A program made the position numbers and the translations under genes. A DNA stretch of 60,750 bases, the filler included. It is 5 parts of 5 records of this genome, joined end to end, with 100 filler letters (N's around TTAATTAATTAA, not from the genome) between each part and the next. Parts side by side here need not be neighbours in the genome. Positions count along the whole stretch, not along the records: positions 11,464 to 38,972 come from SRR31156797_14101; positions 39,073 to 46,408 come from SRR31156797_14103; positions 46,509 to 53,140 come from SRR31156797_14107; 2 more parts are not named here. One strand, written 5' to 3'. Position 1 is the stretch's first letter; the number at the start of each line of letters is the position of its first letter. Below, piece by piece: positions 38,289 through 48,805 of this stretch. A model generated the notes under the pieces. The model made no database searches and had not been told where the DNA came from. It worked only from the letters and a program-made list of their open reading frames with translations.

Positions 38289-38741
38289 TTACTGCACCAA
38301 TTGCCACGTACCATCAGGTTGTCTGTACGCCTTGGCATAAACGGTTTCCATCTTGCCATCTGGCATACGCGCTCTCAGTGTCACATCCCGCTCAATGCGT
38401 CCGTCATTATACCGGCGGGGCGGCTGAGGAATGGCTTGGTGGTGCATACGTGTATCCGGGTTGGTCCACTGCGAAGCCTGACCAGAAGGCATGGTTTCCA
38501 AAGTATTTGTGATCTGCCGTTCATCATAGTCATCATACTTTTCCATTTCATTACCAACTATATAACCAACCAACAGCCCTGTTCCAGCACCAATGGCCGC
38601 ACCGGAAACCTTGTTATTAAAGGTTAACGCGCCCAATGTGGCTCCAGCGAGTGTGCCAAGAGTCGCGGCATTTTGTGCGGTTGTTGTCTTACAGCCTGTC
38701 AGCAACGCTATCATCAGGGTCAGGGCGATTAAAATTCTCAT
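38289..38741 (-). CDS. Glycine-zipper lipoprotein (17-kDa surface antigen / RT0821-like)
   Basis: Lipobox LLTGC, GxxxG zipper, W.NPDT and AYRQPDGTW. Confidence 0.85.
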   Translation of the reverse strand: MRILIALTLMIALLTGCKTTTAQNAATLGTLAGATLGALTFNNKVSGAAIGAGTGLLVGYIVGNEMEKYDDYDERQITNTLETMPSGQASQWTNPDTRMHHQAIPQPPRRYNDGRIERDVTLRARMPDGKMETVYAKAYRQPDGTWQLVQ

Positions 38742-38972
38742 GGGTATCTCCTCATTTTTTGCCGCCGAAGGCAAAGTGTAGGCCTTGCAGGCGGCTTTCT
38801 CTCATGCTGTTGGTTGGACATGAGCAATGGGTGTGCCGTTTTTATTAGTTTGATTTTATTGAGTATTTATTTTTGGAGAGGACTTTTGTGCGCGCAAATT
38901 GTGTACAGGGACGCAAAAATTGTTCTTTTTGAGAAAGAGGGGCTTCGTTTTTGGTGGGCGTTGCGTGCTTCG

Positions 38973-39072
38973 NNNNNNNNNNNNNNNNNNNNNNNNNNNN
39001 NNNNNNNNNNNNNNNNTTAATTAATTAANNNNNNNNNNNNNNNNNNNNNNNNNNNNNNNNNNNNNNNNNNNN
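38973..39072. other. Artificial contig linker
   Basis: N44-TTAATTAATTAA-N44. Confidence 0.98.
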
Positions 39073-39720
39073 CGCTGTCCCCGAAGTAATGGCCGTTTCT
39101 TCAAAGGTCAGAACGGCGGAGGTTTCATCCATCTGTGAATTGAACACGGCGGTGAAACCGGTGTCGTTATTGATAACAACCTTCTCATTGGGGATGGAAA
39201 CCTGTACCTGCGGCTCGAAGGAGGTGATTTCCGGTGGATTGATTGTATAAAGGAGGCTCAGGCCTTCTGAACCTTCATTATCTATCACTGCTTTACCGGT
39301 CAGTGAGCTAAAGCTTATGGTCAGTTCTCTGGATTCTCCGCTTGTCCAGTGATCCGCCGGTGAGATTGTCAGGACCGTATTCTCACCGTCATCTTCGGTT
39401 GAAAAGGAGGCTGTTGACGGTGTCTCCGCTTCCCCGGCCAGACTTCCGCCGATGACCAGGGAATCGGGATCCATTGGCATGGAAAAGGTTAGAACGATGT
39501 CCTCGTCAAAGGATAGGAGACCGGATCCATCAACGGTCTCTATTGAGAACTGGTAAGGACTTGCACTTCCTAGCAGAGGAGTGGGGTCTGACGTCTCTTC
39601 GACCGCCACGGTCAGGGCATCGAGAAGCACCGGGTCCTGACAGCCGGTAACCCAGAGGGGAAGGAGCAGGACGGAAAGGAGCAGCAGGGCTGCGGTTGTT
39701 TTAGTTTTATTGTTCATCAT
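39073..39720 (-). CDS. Acidic surface lipoprotein with bacterial Ig-like (Big_5/SbsA-type) repeats (3' truncated)
   Basis: Lipobox VTGC, IVLTFSMPMDPDS...TVLTISP, and a second repeat FTAVFNSQMDETS. Confidence 0.7.
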
Positions 39721-41880
39721 CTATTCCTCCTCCCAGCCGGGGGATTTAAAACGTTCCGCGGGGTCCGCCGCCCGCGAGGTATCCGAGCTGGCCATCCCCA
39801 GGTAGCCGTAGGCCTCGGCCAGATCAGGATCCTTTACTTTCAGAAGGTTGTAGAAATCGGCGGTTTCACTGTAATTGGCCAGTTCGTAGTTGATTCGTGC
39901 CATATTGAGCAGGGCCGAGGCTTTATCCGGCCGGGCCCGGTAATACCGGTCATACTGATCGAAGGCCTCGGGGTATTTTTCCTGGAGGAAGTAGATGTTC
40001 CCCAGGTTGGCAACAGCCGATAGGAGTTCTCTCTGTTCCAGGATCATCCGGAACTGCTCCTCCGCCTTTTCCAGAAGACCGTAGCGGGCGTAAAGGACGG
40101 CCAGCCGGTTGCGGACTCTGGGATCCTCATTATCCGACAGACGTTCGAGGTATTCGGCCTCCTGTTCGCTGATCATTTGACCGATGAAGCTGTCGAGTTC
40201 GCTGTTCAGGGCCGCCTCGACATCGTCTATTGGCGGGAAATTCATCCCCGGCGGATCTGAGGGCAGACCCACGGGTTCAAAGATCTGCCAGGCTTCGTTG
40301 AGGGGGAAGAACCCGGCCTTGTTCATGGGGGCATTTTCTCTCCATTCCCGGGCTCCGTGGCTCCAGGCGTTCAGGAAGGTCTCCTGGACCATTGTAATTT
40401 CCAGGGGAATCCAGGCTGTACCTTCTCTGTCGATGATATTATCAGCGCCTCCGAGGACTTTAACCGCCTCGTCGGTGTTCATCCCGGTGGAAAAGGCCAT
40501 AAAGATATGTCCGGGGATGGTCACAAAGGCCGTGGGAATACCCACCGATTCCAGAAGGGCAGCGTAGAGGATCGATAGGTCGTCACAGTCGCCTGCGGTG
40601 TGGGAGAGGGTGTACCGGGGGAACTGGAGGTAATCCAGCTGCATCTGCTGACCGGAAAACTCCGAATAGGGTGTCTTGGGATCAATAACATAGTTCAATC
40701 CGTAGAGACCGAGGGCCCGGTGAAGCGCCATGGCTGTGGCCAGGGGTTTGTTGACGATATTCCTGTCTATCCCGCTGACGAGGGAGGCGACGGGTTTGGC
40801 AAATCCCAGAACCGCCAGATCATGGGCGGTGACAAAGGCCGCGGCTCTCCTATCATCATCCCAGATAATGGCATTCCTGTCATACAGCCGGATCGACTCA
40901 TTCAGCTCCGCGTAATAGACCTGATCACCAATCGAGTACTCCAGTTTAATAAGGGCCGATGACTTCGTCGCCTCGGTGATGGTCAGAATATTCTGGGTGA
41001 AAAGGGCTTTTATCGCCAGTTCCGCCGTCTCTTCCGGAAGGACCCGATCCGCCAGTTTCGTTCTTACCGGGCTGTCCATGTATTCCGGTATATGAAAGGA
41101 GAGGTAGAGGTTCCGTATCATGGCCGTGGAATCGTTGACAGCCTGCAGGTATCCAAAAGGGTGATCATCGTAATATTTATAAAAGACGGGGAAGAGGTTA
41201 TCTATCTCCAGGGTTTCTATCCGGAAATGTTCGCCCGGGAGGGGGCCGGAACTTTCAGCCGCGGTCTCTTTTAACCGGGGCTGGAAGGAAATTGCCAGTG
41301 ATGCGCCAAGGCCCTGATAAAGACCGAGGAAGTTGTTATAGGAGACTCCTGCACCGAGGATGAAATCGGGCATTATCCGGAATCTCAGTTCTGCACCCGC
41401 AGAAACCATGGGGTTGTATTGAGCCTCGGCTTCCACATCGATCAGGTTGAGACCGGACAGGCTGTTCCAGTAGTCTGTTTCACTATTCAGAAAGGAGTAG
41501 TAGTAACCGCCTCCCGCTGAAAGTCCCATTTCTATCCAGCGGTTGAACGCCAGATTCCCGCTTAAAAAACCACTGACACCGATGGTGGACAGGGACATAT
41601 CCGTTTCCAACACAGGATTGAAGATGTAGTCCGTTTGAAGACCGAACCCCATAACAGGGGCCGGCGGGATGATCATTTCCACACTGAGACGCACTCCGGC
41701 GCCTGTTCCGATGACCTCCGAACCAAGGGGAACGGAGGCTTCCGGCTGGATGCTGAAGATGACAGGTTTGACCCGGTGGAACTCCAGAATGTTGAAAAAA
41801 GCCACCTGCGATTCACTTTGTGAAAAGACGGGAACGAGCGTCAGTACCAGGAGGAGCACGAAGCATTTGAACCTTTTCAT
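39721..41880 (-). CDS. Secreted protein with beta-barrel-like N-terminus, transglutaminase-like domain and TPRs
   Basis: Signal peptide, amphipathic beta-strands, GDCDD...PGHIF...PLEIT (candidate Cys-His-Glu triad) and C-terminal TPRs (NLGNIY, NMAR). Confidence 0.7.
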   Translation of the reverse strand: MKRFKCFVLLLVLTLVPVFSQSESQVAFFNILEFHRVKPVIFSIQPEASVPLGSEVIGTGAGVRLSVEMIIPPAPVMGFGLQTDYIFNPVLETDMSLSTIGVSGFLSGNLAFNRWIEMGLSAGGGYYYSFLNSETDYWNSLSGLNLIDVEAEAQYNPMVSAGAELRFRIMPDFILGAGVSYNNFLGLYQGLGASLAISFQPRLKETAAESSGPLPGEHFRIETLEIDNLFPVFYKYYDDHPFGYLQAVNDSTAMIRNLYLSFHIPEYMDSPVRTKLADRVLPEETAELAIKALFTQNILTITEATKSSALIKLEYSIGDQVYYAELNESIRLYDRNAIIWDDDRRAAAFVTAHDLAVLGFAKPVASLVSGIDRNIVNKPLATAMALHRALGLYGLNYVIDPKTPYSEFSGQQMQLDYLQFPRYTLSHTAGDCDDLSILYAALLESVGIPTAFVTIPGHIFMAFSTGMNTDEAVKVLGGADNIIDREGTAWIPLEITMVQETFLNAWSHGAREWRENAPMNKAGFFPLNEAWQIFEPVGLPSDPPGMNFPPIDDVEAALNSELDSFIGQMISEQEAEYLERLSDNEDPRVRNRLAVLYARYGLLEKAEEQFRMILEQRELLSAVANLGNIYFLQEKYPEAFDQYDRYYRARPDKASALLNMARINYELANYSETADFYNLLKVKDPDLAEAYGYLGMASSDTSRAADPAERFKSPGWEEE

Positions 41881-41978
41881 TTTATACCTAACCTACTTTC
41901 ATTATTTATTTTACCCCACTAGTATAGTGCTGATTTCGGCAGATTGCAACGTTTGTGTTTTTGTCGGTTCCCGGAATG

Positions 41979-44105
41979 TTATGCCTTGTCGGCAGTTTCG
42001 GAGAGGGTCTGGAAATCAATCACCTGGTTCCGACCGGCGGATTTTGCCCGGTAGAGGGCCTTATCGGCCTCTTCGATCACCATCTCCATGTCTTTTTTCG
42101 ATTTAGGAGAGTATATGGAAAAGCCGATGCTCACGGTCATGGCCAGAACCAACTGGTCCCGCTTGACTCGGAGGGCTGCGGTCTGTTTTCTGATTTCTTC
42201 GGCTATCTCTCTGATAACGGAGGGAGTGGAGTAGCCCATCATGATAATAAACTCTTCACCCCCGTAGCGGGCGTAAATATCGGTTTTTCTGCGCAGGATG
42301 CTGCTCAATAGATTGCTGAAGGCGACGAGACAGCTGTCCCCAGAACCATGGCCATACCGATCGTTAATCTTTTTAAAATGATCCAGATCAAGAATGGCGA
42401 TTCCCAGAGAAGAGCCGCTTCTTTTATGGGACGCCCAGCTTAGTTCCGCCTGTTTGAAAAACTGCCTTCGATTGTATAGATTGGTGAGGGAGTCACGTGT
42501 GGATAGGCGGGCAATTTTCCTGTTTTTTTCTGCCGCATCGAGGCCTGTGGCCAGAAAAGTCAGCAGACCCTGAAGAAAATCGAGTCTCGCTTTCGTAAAA
42601 TAATCTTTCTCCCGGCTCTGGATTGAAAGAACTGAGTTTTTTCCGTTTCTGAAGTAAGGCAGGCAGACAATGGAACGGATTCTGTGTTCTTCCTTTTCCT
42701 CGGTGAGGAATCCAATCTGTTCCAGGAAAAACCGTGCTTCATTATCCAGATCCTGTACGACAATATCCCGGTTCTTTCGAAGGGCATAAGCGATGAATGA
42801 TCGTTTGCTGCCTGCAGAAATTGTCTTGTCTACTTTATGATATGCCCCTCCGCTGTAGTAATAGCGGATACGGATTTTCTGTTTGTGGGGTTTCTTTTCA
42901 GCCAGTACGACTATATCACACTCCCTGATAAACGGCATGCAGATTCTGAAAGCTTCAAAAACTTCTCTTTTCTTGAGGGGGGCAAGTATCTTTCTTCCGG
43001 CTTCGATCAGTTCATTCTGATGATCCTGCTGTTCGAGGATCATCTCCCGTTTTATTTTTCGGAGATCTGCAGTGTACTGCTGTCGATACTGCTCTTTCTC
43101 CAGTTCCATAAGCTCCCGGTAGATGGTGAGTGACTCCTTGTCCTTTTCTTCACGCTCATAATAGGAAAGGAGGATTTCATATATGCGCAGCAGATTGGGG
43201 TTGTCTCCCTGGTCTTTCAAGGGTTCGACCATCTCCAGAAGGAGCTTCAATCCCTCCTCCTCGGTTTTTTCATCCTCCAGAAGAAAACGGGCGTAATCGG
43301 ATATCACCTGCTTCGTCAGATGATCGAGGTCTTCAATGTAGCTGAGGGATTTCTGGTACCAGTGGGTGGCCGATTTCCTGTTGTCCCGGGCTTCAAAAAG
43401 AAGGGCCATCTCCTGGGCAATACTGGCCAACAGGGGCCTGTGCTGAATATCTTCTCCCTTTTTCATCCCCTGATCGAGGTAGTAGAGGGCTTTCTCGTAA
43501 TCTCCTCTCTCCCTGTACATAAGACCCAGGTTGTTGCAGACCTTGGTGAACTCCAGAGGGAATTCATTCTGATTACCGGCGGCCAGAGCCTGAAGGAAGA
43601 TTTTTTCTGCTTCTGGATAGTTCCTGTCATCCAGATGCTGGAGTCCCATATTATTCAGAGCGCCTGAAAGCAGTTGAAGACAATTGACTTTTTTCGCAAG
43701 ACGGGCGGCGGTTTCGAAGGAGGCATAGGATTCCCCGGGTAAACCGATATTTGCTTCAAGCATGCCACGTGAATGGTAAAAATAGGCCGCTTCCTTGGGC
43801 CAGAGATCTTCGCCGGCAAAGAGGCTCCGGGACTGCTCCAGTGAGTATTCCGAAGCCTTGATGTCTCCCTGTATCAGCTGGACATAGGCTTTATGAATCA
43901 GCAGGAAAAAGAGGGCCTGTTCATAGCCGACGGAGCTGGCCCATTCGATACCCTTTTCTATCCATTCGAAGGAAATATGGGGAGACCTCCCCCGGGTTTC
44001 TTCCAGGAAACAGTTGACTGCATCCACCCTCGCCCAGGGATCCGGCAGATTTTTGAGGTCTTTTTTCAGTTTGGCACTGAGGCTTTCCAGGGAATTGGGG
44101 GTCAC
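41979..44105 (-). CDS. TPR-GAF-GGDEF diguanylate cyclase
   Basis: TPR motifs (NNMG, NNLG), a GAF-like segment (SIVCLP...VLSIQS), DLDHFKKIND.YGH and RYGGEEF. Confidence 0.9.
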   Translation of the reverse strand: MTPNSLESLSAKLKKDLKNLPDPWARVDAVNCFLEETRGRSPHISFEWIEKGIEWASSVGYEQALFFLLIHKAYVQLIQGDIKASEYSLEQSRSLFAGEDLWPKEAAYFYHSRGMLEANIGLPGESYASFETAARLAKKVNCLQLLSGALNNMGLQHLDDRNYPEAEKIFLQALAAGNQNEFPLEFTKVCNNLGLMYRERGDYEKALYYLDQGMKKGEDIQHRPLLASIAQEMALLFEARDNRKSATHWYQKSLSYIEDLDHLTKQVISDYARFLLEDEKTEEEGLKLLLEMVEPLKDQGDNPNLLRIYEILLSYYEREEKDKESLTIYRELMELEKEQYRQQYTADLRKIKREMILEQQDHQNELIEAGRKILAPLKKREVFEAFRICMPFIRECDIVVLAEKKPHKQKIRIRYYYSGGAYHKVDKTISAGSKRSFIAYALRKNRDIVVQDLDNEARFFLEQIGFLTEEKEEHRIRSIVCLPYFRNGKNSVLSIQSREKDYFTKARLDFLQGLLTFLATGLDAAEKNRKIARLSTRDSLTNLYNRRQFFKQAELSWASHKRSGSSLGIAILDLDHFKKINDRYGHGSGDSCLVAFSNLLSSILRRKTDIYARYGGEEFIIMMGYSTPSVIREIAEEIRKQTAALRVKRDQLVLAMTVSIGFSIYSPKSKKDMEMVIEEADKALYRAKSAGRNQVIDFQTLSETADKA

Positions 44106-44112
44106 ATCTGTC

Positions 44113-44514
44113 CTATAAAAAAATCAATTCAGATTCAAGTTCGGCGACTTCTGTCAGGGTGTTGTAGATGGAACAGTATTTTTCAGCCAGCTTCAGAGTT
44201 TTCCGGAAGCGCTCCCGGATTTTTTCATCTTCCCTGTCGGCTCCTTCAATCGTAAAGGTCAGTTTTGCCGATTTCAGGAAAGCAGGAACCTCCTCCCGTT
44301 TTTCTCCATCCACCTTGATGGTGACCGACTGGTATTTCAGCTTTTTCTTCTCGATAACATCCAGAAATGTGGCGTACATGCAGGAGGCCAGAGCGGTAAA
44401 GAGAAGTTCGTAGGGTTTCCATTGATCTTTTGCCACCGACAGTTCAGCACCGCCGGCGTTGCGGCTTTTTCCGCAGAATCCGTCCTGGAATTTTATTTCG
44501 ATTGTATTAGCCAT
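44113..44514 (-). CDS. OsmC/YhfA family protein
   Basis: PYELL..ALASC and EKYCSI..TL two-Cys signature. Confidence 0.88.
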   Translation of the reverse strand: MANTIEIKFQDGFCGKSRNAGGAELSVAKDQWKPYELLFTALASCMYATFLDVIEKKKLKYQSVTIKVDGEKREEVPAFLKSAKLTFTIEGADREDEKIRERFRKTLKLAEKYCSIYNTLTEVAELESELIFL

Positions 44515-44591
44515 GATATTCTCCACACAGAGTATACACCATGGCGTTTATGAGGAAAAGAAGTTTCTTCCTATGGACGGTCTTGGGCCGG

Positions 44592-45827
44592 TTACGATAC
44601 GGGGTCGGAAGCTTCATACTGAAAATAATTGTCCCAGCGGGTATCAAGAATTCCCAGAGCTGATTTCAGATCCTTTACTTTGAGGTGTCCCTCATTCGAT
44701 TCCTCTAGAATCTCCAGCCTTCTAAGTTTTGCCAGGGCATCACTGCACTCGAAGTCCAGATCACAGCCGTGTTTTTTAAGGAACCACTGTTCAATGGCTT
44801 TGTCCAGACTCTCCTCTGTATAACTGCCGTCGCTGGTTACGAGAAAGTAGTAGGCCAGAAAAGCCTCCTTACACTCCTCCTCCTCGGCCGAGTCGATCAG
44901 GGTGAAAAAGACTCCGGAATTGTTGACCAGGTTACGAAAATAGAGGTTTTCGGAGAGTTCCTTCTGAAAGTGGATTTTCTTGTTCTTGTAGGCGTTCCAC
45001 TGTTTGAACATAAAACCGCCCAGGGCGCCCAGGGCCGACAGCACGGCTACCGCCTGTTTGAGTTGATCCTCTTCCAGCTTTCCTTTTACTCCAAAGTAGG
45101 CGCTGATGATAAGGAAAAGAACGGTGAGTGCCGGAACCACCTTCGTGACGATCAGGGGCACGCCGCCGGCAACAGCCGGAACCATCAGCATCAGTTTATC
45201 CTTCAGGCTCATAGTGATTTTTGAAGTTGGAAAGAGGATCTCCAGATCCTCCATGGGGACGTCCTTGAACATCTTGATAATCGTCGTGTTCTGATCTTTC
45301 AGCCGAGCGACCATAACGATGCGCTCAAAAATATCCTGATCCACTTCTAATTTTTTTAAACCAAAGAGTTTTTTCAGGCTGATCTTATCCTGCCGTCGGC
45401 CTCGGCCGTAGATTTCGATGAATTCGTACTCATCCATGTCAATCTTTACACTGAAGCCGAGAACGGCACTCTCCTCGAAGGCCTTTTCTATCTCTGCCTT
45501 GGTGACAACGTCGTAGTTCGCATCATTCAGAACCTTTTTAAGGGTGGAAACCAGCTCCATATTCGAGGCTTCAACTATCTCCCCTGTCTCCTTCTCACTG
45601 ATTCGACAGGTTTCTTTCAGATCCGGGTTGATTGGAAAGTAGGTATCCTTCAGTTTTTCCAGGAGTCTGTGGAATTCAAAATGGAAAATGGATTCAACAA
45701 TCTCGCAGAATCGGGTGAAGTCTGGGATCTGCTCGTCGAAGGTCAGCTGATCTTCCCTCAGAAGCATTTTAATGATGTCCCTTTTCCGGAAGGGGATGTA
45801 CCTTGTTCTTTTTTCCTGGCTGCTCAT
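44592..45827 (-). CDS. DUF3754 / TMEM143 family protein
   Basis: YIPFRK, HFEFH..LE.LK..Y, KMFKDVP..DLE.LFP and LYF.NL.NN.GV...ID.AEEEE.KEA.LAY. Confidence 0.85.
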   Translation of the reverse strand: MSSQEKRTRYIPFRKRDIIKMLLREDQLTFDEQIPDFTRFCEIVESIFHFEFHRLLEKLKDTYFPINPDLKETCRISEKETGEIVEASNMELVSTLKKVLNDANYDVVTKAEIEKAFEESAVLGFSVKIDMDEYEFIEIYGRGRRQDKISLKKLFGLKKLEVDQDIFERIVMVARLKDQNTTIIKMFKDVPMEDLEILFPTSKITMSLKDKLMLMVPAVAGGVPLIVTKVVPALTVLFLIISAYFGVKGKLEEDQLKQAVAVLSALGALGGFMFKQWNAYKNKKIHFQKELSENLYFRNLVNNSGVFFTLIDSAEEEECKEAFLAYYFLVTSDGSYTEESLDKAIEQWFLKKHGCDLDFECSDALAKLRRLEILEESNEGHLKVKDLKSALGILDTRWDNYFQYEASDPVS

Positions 45828-45967
45828 TGGGTGATTATAGCAGATTGAGGCAGCGGGGGAACAGGGGCGTTCTCCCGCGATGGAAACCGGCCGATACAGA
45901 CGTCGGCTTCTCATCTGAACGGGATAAAAGAGTTGCATTCTTTCATATATTCATTAAAAATATATGT

Positions 45968-46408
45968 ATGTCTCATTTTTTCCGGGGCAAACCATTGCTC
46001 CTTTTTTCAGGTTTTATGCTCATTCTCTGCAGTTCCTGTTCCTCAATAAAGAACCCTCCCCTGTCTGAGAATGCTTTAGAGCCTGTACCACGGGCGGTCG
46101 TGGAGTTTATCGAGAAACCGGGTTTTGATATTGCCCACTGTAAGACAAGCGATATTTCTGACCTGACTGATTTTTCCAGCCATATCCGCTGCTATCTTGT
46201 CGATCTGCCTGTGGAGAAACTCTGGGACCTCTATTCTACCGTCGATCCCCGCCGCCTTTGGCAGGGGAAAATTATCGATTTCGGTGTGGTCTTCGATCCC
46301 CTTGAACACCGCGTCTTTAATCGGGAAGACAGGGTGGTTCCTCCATTTCATATGGACCAGGTTTATGTGCTTGATCTGAATTTTCTGGGGGTTTACGAGA
46401 TTCCGGCA
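45968..46408 (+). CDS. Hypothetical lipoprotein (3' truncated)
   Basis: Hydrophobic signal with CSSC lipobox-like motif. Frame open to the contig end. Confidence 0.55.
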
Positions 46409-46508
46409 NNNNNNNNNNNNNNNNNNNNNNNNNNNNNNNNNNNNNNNNNNNNTTAATTAATTAANNNNNNNNNNNNNNNNNNNNNNNNNNNNNNNNNNNN
46501 NNNNNNNN
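46409..46508. other. Artificial contig linker
   Basis: N44-TTAATTAATTAA-N44. Confidence 0.98.
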
Positions 46509-46587
46509 TCAGCAGCAGCTCTGCAATGCCGCTCATGCCAATGCCGCCAATGCCGACAAAATATATATGGTAGTTCTTCTGGTACAT
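46509..46587 (-). CDS. murC: MurC N-terminus (truncated by contig end)
   Basis: Manual translation MYQKNYHIYFVGIGGIGMSGIAELLL directly after murG. Confidence 0.9.
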
Positions 46588-47688
46588 TTATTTTCCTTGT
46601 TCCCGCGCCATGGCGAGACAGGTTTCCGCAATCACCCTGTCCGCGTCCGGCATGCTCATATCCTTGGCAATCCCGCCCATGGAGCGGAGTTCGTCCGGAT
46701 TGTTTATAGATAATTCGATAATTTCCTGCAACCCTTCAGGCGTGAGATCCTTGTCCAGGATCATTCGGCACGCTCCCTGGTCGGCCAGTTCCTTGGCATT
46801 GAACCGCTGATGGTCGTCGGCGGCGTAGGGATAGGGAATAAGAAGGGAGGGTTTTCCCATGGCCGTGATCTCGGAGATACTCCCCGCACCGGCCCTTGAA
46901 ATGATCAGGTCCGCCCCTGCCATCAGCCCGGGCATGTCATCGAAAAACGCCCTGGCCGTGGCCTTGATGCCCATGGCCCTGTACCGGGCCTTAACTTCTT
47001 CCTCATCGTTCCTGCCGGTCTGGTGGACGATGCTGAAGGCATCGGGATCGGCCAGGCCTTCAACAGCGCCAAGAACGGCCTGGTTGATGGAGTGGGCCCC
47101 CTGGCTGCCGCCGGTCACGAGCAGGTTGAATCGGTCCGGGTCCCTGGGGCATGCGGTATCCGCCCTCCCCTCTTCCCTGCGGACCGGGTTGCCCGTGTGG
47201 ATGGTAACGGCCCGGTTGGATAATCCCCTGGTGGTCTTGAACGAGGTGAAGACCACGTGGCAGAACCGGGACAGGATCCTGTTGGTAATGCCGGGAATGG
47301 AGTTCTGCTCCTGGATGGCGGTCATGGCGCCCCAAAGCCTTGCGCCCAGTACCACCGGGCCCGAGGAGTAGCCGCCGACCCCCATGACCAGGTCGGGCTT
47401 GAAACGGCTGAGGATGGAGAGGGCCTGGAACAGGGAACCGGGGATCTTTGCCATGGCGCGGATCTTGCCGAACACGCCCTTGCCCTTAATGCCGGAGACG
47501 GTGATGCCGGTATGGGCGAATCCGTACCGGTCCAGGGTGGTGGTTTCAAACGCCTCACCGGTTCCCACAAAAAGGATCTCGGTCCGGGGATCGATTCTCA
47601 AAAAGGCCTGGGCGATGGCAATACCCGGAAAGAGGTGGCCCCCTGTCTTTCCGCCTGCAAAGATTATTTTCATGGCCTTTTTACTCAT
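46588..47688 (-). CDS. murG: MurG N-acetylglucosaminyltransferase
   Basis: GGKTGGHLFP, GGY.SGP, EQNS.PG.TN, GNPVR, GGSQGA and SRAGA. Confidence 0.96.
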   Translation of the reverse strand: MSKKAMKIIFAGGKTGGHLFPGIAIAQAFLRIDPRTEILFVGTGEAFETTTLDRYGFAHTGITVSGIKGKGVFGKIRAMAKIPGSLFQALSILSRFKPDLVMGVGGYSSGPVVLGARLWGAMTAIQEQNSIPGITNRILSRFCHVVFTSFKTTRGLSNRAVTIHTGNPVRREEGRADTACPRDPDRFNLLVTGGSQGAHSINQAVLGAVEGLADPDAFSIVHQTGRNDEEEVKARYRAMGIKATARAFFDDMPGLMAGADLIISRAGAGSISEITAMGKPSLLIPYPYAADDHQRFNAKELADQGACRMILDKDLTPEGLQEIIELSINNPDELRSMGGIAKDMSMPDADRVIAETCLAMAREQGK

Positions 47689-48799
47689 TTTCAGCATTGG
47701 CTCCGATGTTCATTAATATTCCCATGCCCGCCATGTTCACGAGCAGTGAGGTGCCTCCGTAACTTAAAAACGGCAGGGTCAGTCCCTTGGTGGGCAGAAC
47801 CCCCATGGCAACCCCCGTGTTGATGATGACCTGGAGCCCGAGGCTGATCATAAGCCCTGAAGCAACAAAGGTCCCGAAAAGATTTTCAGACCGCCGTGCA
47901 ATGTCCGCCCCCCGCCACAGGATGATGGCGTAGAGACCGAGGATGGCAAGCACCCCCGCAAGCCCCAGCTCCTCCCCGATCACCGACAGGATGAAGTCGG
48001 TGTGGGGCTCCGGCAGATAGTGGAGCTTCTGCATGCCAAGGCCGATGCCCTTGCCGAAAATCCCCCCCGACCCAAAGGCCTTGAGGGAGTGGGTGATCTG
48101 GTAGCCGGTGTTCAGGGGATCGTCCCAGGGATTCATGAATGCCGTGATCCGCTGCATGCGGTAATCCACCCGGTAAACCAGGAAATAGGCAATGGGTACG
48201 AGAAAGGGTACGGGCAGCATCAGGTGAATGATCCTGACCCCGGCCACGAACATCATGCCCCAGGTGATGCAGCCGAGGATCAGGACCGTGCCGAAATCGG
48301 GCTGCATGAGGATGAGGAAGGCCAGCACCACCAGCAGGATCACATGGGGCATGAACCCCACGGAAAAGTTCCGGATCATCTCCTGCTTCTTTGCCAGGGA
48401 GTATCCCAGGAACAGCACCAGGGCCAGCTTAGTGAACTCGGACGGCTGAAAGGTGAACCCCGCAATGGACAGCCACCGGCGGGCCCCGCCGGCACTATGG
48501 CCGAGGCCGGGCACCTGGACCGCTATCAGCAATGCCAGGGCAAGCCCCAGCAGGATATAGGCAAACACCTTCAGGTATTTGAAGGGAAAGGATGCGGCCG
48601 TGAACATGACACCGAAGCTCACAAGGCAGAAAAAGGCCTGGCGCTGCATGTAGAAGAGATTGTTATCAAACCGTTCAAGGCCGATGGCCGAGCTTGCGCT
48701 GTAGACCATGACAATGCCCATGCCCGCAAGCAGCAGCACCGGGAAGAGGATGGCGGCCTCCCCGAAGAACGGATGTATTTTCGTCTCTTTCTCGCTCAT
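47681..48799 (-). CDS. ftsW: FtsW peptidoglycan polymerase
   Basis: MVYSAS, GARRW, FQPSEFTK, QPDFGT, LPEPHTDFI, GEELG and LPFLSYGG. Confidence 0.96.
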   Translation of the reverse strand: MSEKETKIHPFFGEAAILFPVLLLAGMGIVMVYSASSAIGLERFDNNLFYMQRQAFFCLVSFGVMFTAASFPFKYLKVFAYILLGLALALLIAVQVPGLGHSAGGARRWLSIAGFTFQPSEFTKLALVLFLGYSLAKKQEMIRNFSVGFMPHVILLVVLAFLILMQPDFGTVLILGCITWGMMFVAGVRIIHLMLPVPFLVPIAYFLVYRVDYRMQRITAFMNPWDDPLNTGYQITHSLKAFGSGGIFGKGIGLGMQKLHYLPEPHTDFILSVIGEELGLAGVLAILGLYAIILWRGADIARRSENLFGTFVASGLMISLGLQVIINTGVAMGVLPTKGLTLPFLSYGGTSLLVNMAGMGILMNIGANAENE

Positions 48800-48805
48800 C
48801 TTTCC

